Below, in pieces: positions 62,086 to 64,000 of a DNA stretch of 64,000 nt; the first letter of the stretch is position 1; each line of letters opens with the position of its first letter. The stretch is taken from positions 13,968,871 through 14,032,870 of the forward strand of contig NC_092676.1 of assembly GCF_964355755.1 (NCBI RefSeq), given 5' to 3'. Position numbers and translations under genes: made by a program. The stretch is from Antedon mediterranea (taxonomy: Eukaryota > Animalia > Echinodermata). The notes under the pieces were generated by a model. It saw only the letters and a program-made list of their open reading frames with translations. It was not told where the DNA came from and did no database searches.

Positions 62086-63724
62086 CTATTCTACGCGAGC
62101 ATTGCGAGTGATCAGTTTACTCGCGGCAAGCATTAGCGAACGTACACTACGTTGGCCCTCGCGGTATTCGTTCCACAATGTTGTCAGTCTCTCGTTTGCC
62201 ACCTTGCTGCCCGTTCGTGTTCTTCTCAACTCGTCTTCTCTGTAGATCATCTCTACGTTGATTGATACCGTGACGGCCTCGTTGTACAATAACTCTGCTA
62301 ACATGTAGAATGGAATGCTTGCTGAAAGAGGAAAAGAAAAAGAAAATTAAAACAAATTATGGTTATAAACAGTGTAATTGTTATGCGCGCCGAGTTGGCA
62401 TAGTAGTTATGTTATTTGATTTTTTTCTTACCACGTTTGCCTTTGCGGTTGAGTCGATGGTGCCATCCCTCAAGATCGTTATTCGTCCTTATATCCTGTC
62501 TGTACACTACCCAATCTTCAGGTCCAAACACCGCTCCATCTATCCAAAACGACCGCATGTATCTCATCAGCTGTTGCATCGTCAGTACGTCTCCAGTACG
62601 TCTCCAGTAGATTCTTCAAGATGTCTAAACGCTGCCTGTACATGTTCTAACGGAATAATCGGTAACGACATCAACTGCCTGATGATCTAAAAAAATAAGA
62701 AAAAGAAACATTAATTTGTTAGTACTTTTACACAAAGCTTTTTTTTTCAATAAAGTAGACGCATGAAGATTTTGGCATCGTTGGTAGTAAGGCAATCTGT
62801 CCCACGTACACCGATGTCATCTCGTATCAACTGGAAATAAAGAATAATCACAATTGTAATACAAACATGGAACATATTAAAATATGAAATGATTCAAAAA
62901 AATAATAAAAGTTTAAACGATAGTGTACCTTTTCTACTATTTCCGCCGCAGAATCGAAGGGATTCTCCATTGCTTTAACCTTCACGTCACGTCGGAGGAG
63001 CGCAACTTTCTCCCGCCCTATTAAAGAAAAAAATAGATACACAGTATATCAATTGGTGATTTTACTTTAAAAAAATAAGAATACTATTCAAATTTAGTTT
63101 CCTTAGTCTTTATACCTGGAATAACTCCGCATATGTGTTCATGTACACCACGTATAAATTCTCCATTCTTCTCCAACACTGTTGCTTTGCACGTCACATT
63201 CTTGTTTCTGAGAGAACATCTCCATGTTGTATTTGCCCGTCTTTTATCAATCTTCTCTGTATATTGGTACCCATGACTGTCTACAAGCGAGTCCTGAAAC
63301 AACAGAAGGTTAAGTTGGTTTTCACAAGAAAATGCGATAAATTAAAAAAAAACAAATTTGACAAAGAATAGATTTATAAATATTTAAAGAACTTACATTC
63401 CCACGTTTTGTTGTTCCTGCTAATCGCTGATAAGTAACGATGTCATCATCAACAGCAGGCATCACTGGTATTGGTTGTGGTTCAGGGTAAGGATTCAGTA
63501 CCTCTTCTTCTATATGAACGATTGGTTCCAAAAAGTCGCCAAGGTCGCCTGCAAAAATCTCCAGTTGCGGCACCGGCTGGACGTTGTTTTCTGGAGCACA
63601 TTCTCTACATGTCCAATCAATAAAACCCTCTTCGACGGCTAACCTGTACGCTGCTCTTGTCACTCCCGAGTCACACCGACGATGTTGCCATCTCTTACAC
63701 TCTTCGCAAAACAGTCCTTCTTGC
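62086..63724 (-). pseudogene. Spliced PHD-FLYWCH-MULE (Mutator) transposase, internally deleted and frameshifted
   Basis: QEGLFCEECKRWQHRRCDSG...WTCREC (PHD-like); DSHGYQY...WRCSLRNKNVTCKATV...HEHIC (FLYWCH); IRQLMSLPIIP...RTNNDLEGWHHRLN (MULE catalytic E region); GT-AG introns. Confidence 0.85.
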
Positions 63725-64000
63725 CAGGGGTGGCGCCAGGATCTTCCCGACGCGGGGGCTACATTCCCCGACGAGGGGGCTATGCGAGCGAAGCGAGCAT
63801 CACTAGGCTGGGGGCCAGGGGGCCGCTAAGGGCCCCGGTGGGGGTCCAGGGGGCGAAGCCCCCGGAAGCAACGCGTTCTAGCGTCATTTGAGGTCATTTT
63901 AATCAGATTTAGGGTAGCCATTTTTTCCATTTTTTATAATGCATAAATAAAATACTGCGTGCAAAAAAACGATGCACGATGACTGTTTCAATCCATATTT
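63725..64000 (+). mobile_element. GC-rich MITE inserted into the MULE gene (runs off the window)
   Basis: Begins CAGGGGTGGCGCCAGGAT exactly where the PHD frame breaks; contains GGGGTCCAGGGGGCGAAGCCCCCGGAAGC, typical of such MITEs. Confidence 0.65.

Overview
AT-rich animal (eukaryotic) genomic DNA. The Deu-type SINE, Ngaro, Transib, Kolobok and Penelope content suggests a marine invertebrate, possibly an echinoderm (inference). The only clear host gene is the Polycomb PRC1 E3 ligase RING1B/RNF2 (Sce): seven coding exons were reconstructed on the + strand from 2070 to 32726, and the start-codon exon was not identified with certainty. Its introns and the downstream 31 kb are packed with nested transposons: TIR elements with 4-bp, TTA and TTAA target duplications, a Transib remnant, a deleted BEL/Pao element, a Penelope fragment, a 11.8-kb Ngaro-type tyrosine-recombinase retroelement interrupted by a Tx1/L1 LINE with an intact ORF2, an L2 LINE inside a 1-kb tandem duplication, and DUF4806-like and PHD-FLYWCH-MULE pseudogenes. 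The most unusual observations are: (1) an identical 18-bp palindromic micro-insertion with 7-bp target duplications at two unrelated sites; (2) two non-canonical tRNA-like cloverleaves enclosed by inverted repeats; (3) the Ngaro element's 5'-placed SGNH hydrolase remnant, 45-bp array and 3' array of regularly spaced palindromes. All calls were made by eye with no database searches, and boundaries of degenerate elements are approximate.
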